A stretch of DNA of 64,000 nucleotides. Source: Carcharhinus amblyrhynchos (taxonomy: Eukaryota). Below the pieces are notes generated by a model. The model was given only the letters and a program-made list of their open reading frames with translations. It was not told the DNA's origin and searched no databases. The stretch covers positions 26,350,001 to 26,414,000 of the forward strand of contig OZ336890.1 of the NCBI GenBank assembly GCA_965287045.1, written 5' to 3'. Both the position numbers and the translations under genes were made by a program. Below, piece by piece: positions 62,715 through 64,000 of the stretch; the stretch's first letter is position 1, and every line of letters starts with the position of its first letter.

Positions 62715-63045
62715 CAGAACCCTAAACGTTCTTAAAGGATATTCTGACACCACTTCACAGCTCATATACTCACCACTGTAATGCAGGAAATCACAGTAGC
62801 CAATTTGTTTGAGCAACTGCAAATGGGATAAATAACCACATAATCTGTTTTAAAGGACAGTGGAATTACATCATGAAATCTTCTGCATTAACCTTAGAGG
62901 GAAGGTCAAACCTCAGATTAACATTTCATCCAAAAAAAATGGCACCTCCAACATGCAGCTCTGCACTGAAGTGTCAGCCTATATTAGCCTCTAGCTGGCT
63001 TGAATCCATGATCCTCTAAGGGATCAGAATGCTATCACTGTGCAA
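62715..63045 (-). mobile_element. Old Deu-domain (SacSINE1-like) SINE
   Basis: cactgtaatgcaggaaatcacagtagccaatttg…cctcagattaacatttcatcc…ggcacctccaaca…ctgcactgaagtgtcagcct…ggcttgaatcc. Confidence 0.6.
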
Positions 63046-63206
63046 AAAGTTAACTCTGGACAGCATGCCGAAATGTATATCTCTGGGCCTTTTTCCCTCT
63101 GCTTACATAAGGCCGCACAGAAGAGGAGAAAAGCTGTCCTACTAATGTACTACTGCCCACAATGAAATCAGGAAAAAGCAATGTTTATAAAAGGCCAAAA
63201 TTGCTT

Positions 63207-63847
63207 TTAGAACATTGACCTTTATAAATCAAAGTATTGAGTACAAGAATTGGAACGTTATGGCGAGGCTGTACAAGACATTAGTGAGGCCGAATTTACA
63301 GTATTGTGTGCAGTTTTGGTCACCTAATTACAGGACGGATATTAATAAGATTGAAAGAGTGCAGAGAAATTTTACAAGGATGTTGCTGAGACTTGAGAAA
63401 CTGAGTTAGAGAAAGGTTGAATAGGTTAGGCCTTTATTCCCTGGAGCAAAGAATAATGAGGGGAGATTTGATAGAGGTGTATAAAATTATGATGGGTATA
63501 GATAGCGTGAATACAAGCAAGCTTTTTCCACTGAGGCTAGGAGAGGAAAAAAAACACTAAAGGACATGGGTTAAGGGTGAAGGGAGAAAAGTTTAAAGGG
63601 AACATTATGGAGGGGTGGGGGGGGCGGCGGCGGTCTTCAGACAGTGGTGGGAGTGTGGAATGAGTGGCCAGATGAAGTGGCAAACGCGGGCTCACTTAAC
63701 ATTTAAGAAAAAAATGGACAGGTACATGGACGAGAGGGGTGTGGAGGGATATGGTCCAGGTGCAGGTTAGTGGGACAAGGCAGAAAAATGGTTTGGCATT
63801 GCCAAGAAGGGCCAAAAGGCCTGTTTCTGTGCTGTAGTGTTCTATGG
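63207..63847 (+). mobile_element. CR1 ORF2 C-terminus plus 3'UTR
   Basis: FINQSIEYKNWNVMARLYKTLVRPNLQYCVQFWSP…IERVQRNFTRML; tail gggccaaaaggcctgtttctgtgctgtagtgttctatgg. Confidence 0.9.
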
Positions 63848-64000
63848 TAACAAAGGAACTCAGTAAAAACAAAGCAAAGAAAAAAATGCAAGTAATGTGG
63901 GAAAAGATAAAAAAGGAAGTAATAAAGAAAGATCTGATGAAATGATTAAAGGGAACAAATTCTACTGGGAATTTATTAAGCACTAACCAAGTTTGTGGAG

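Overview
Eukaryotic, AT-rich, repeat-dense vertebrate DNA. The repeat repertoire (HE1/V-SINEs with CR1 tails, Deu-type SINE relics, shark-type Penelope pseudo-LTRs, Harbinger relics) points to a cartilaginous fish (shark). I found no host protein-coding exon that I can name, so the window looks like a gene desert or a very large intron. Much of it is decayed transposons: many CR1 fragments (one young), Rex1/Babar, L2, an internally deleted L1, a decayed Gypsy pol (PR-RT-RH-IN), several PIF/Harbinger relics (Myb/SANT and HARBI1-like transposase remnants, MITEs) and four Penelope pLTR pieces carrying minimal-hammerhead motifs. Between the repeats are unique, CpG-retaining blocks rich in TAAT, Sox and RFX motifs that look like conserved non-coding elements. 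Main leads: a near-perfect 75-bp-arm Penelope palindrome with an intact hammerhead core (55075-55238), an old ~43-44 bp tandem array (51460-51990), V-SINEs with two alternative LINE tails (CR1 vs Rex1-like), and a candidate 19-nt microexon (35201-35219). All family calls are by-eye motif recognition without database searches, and most boundaries are approximate.
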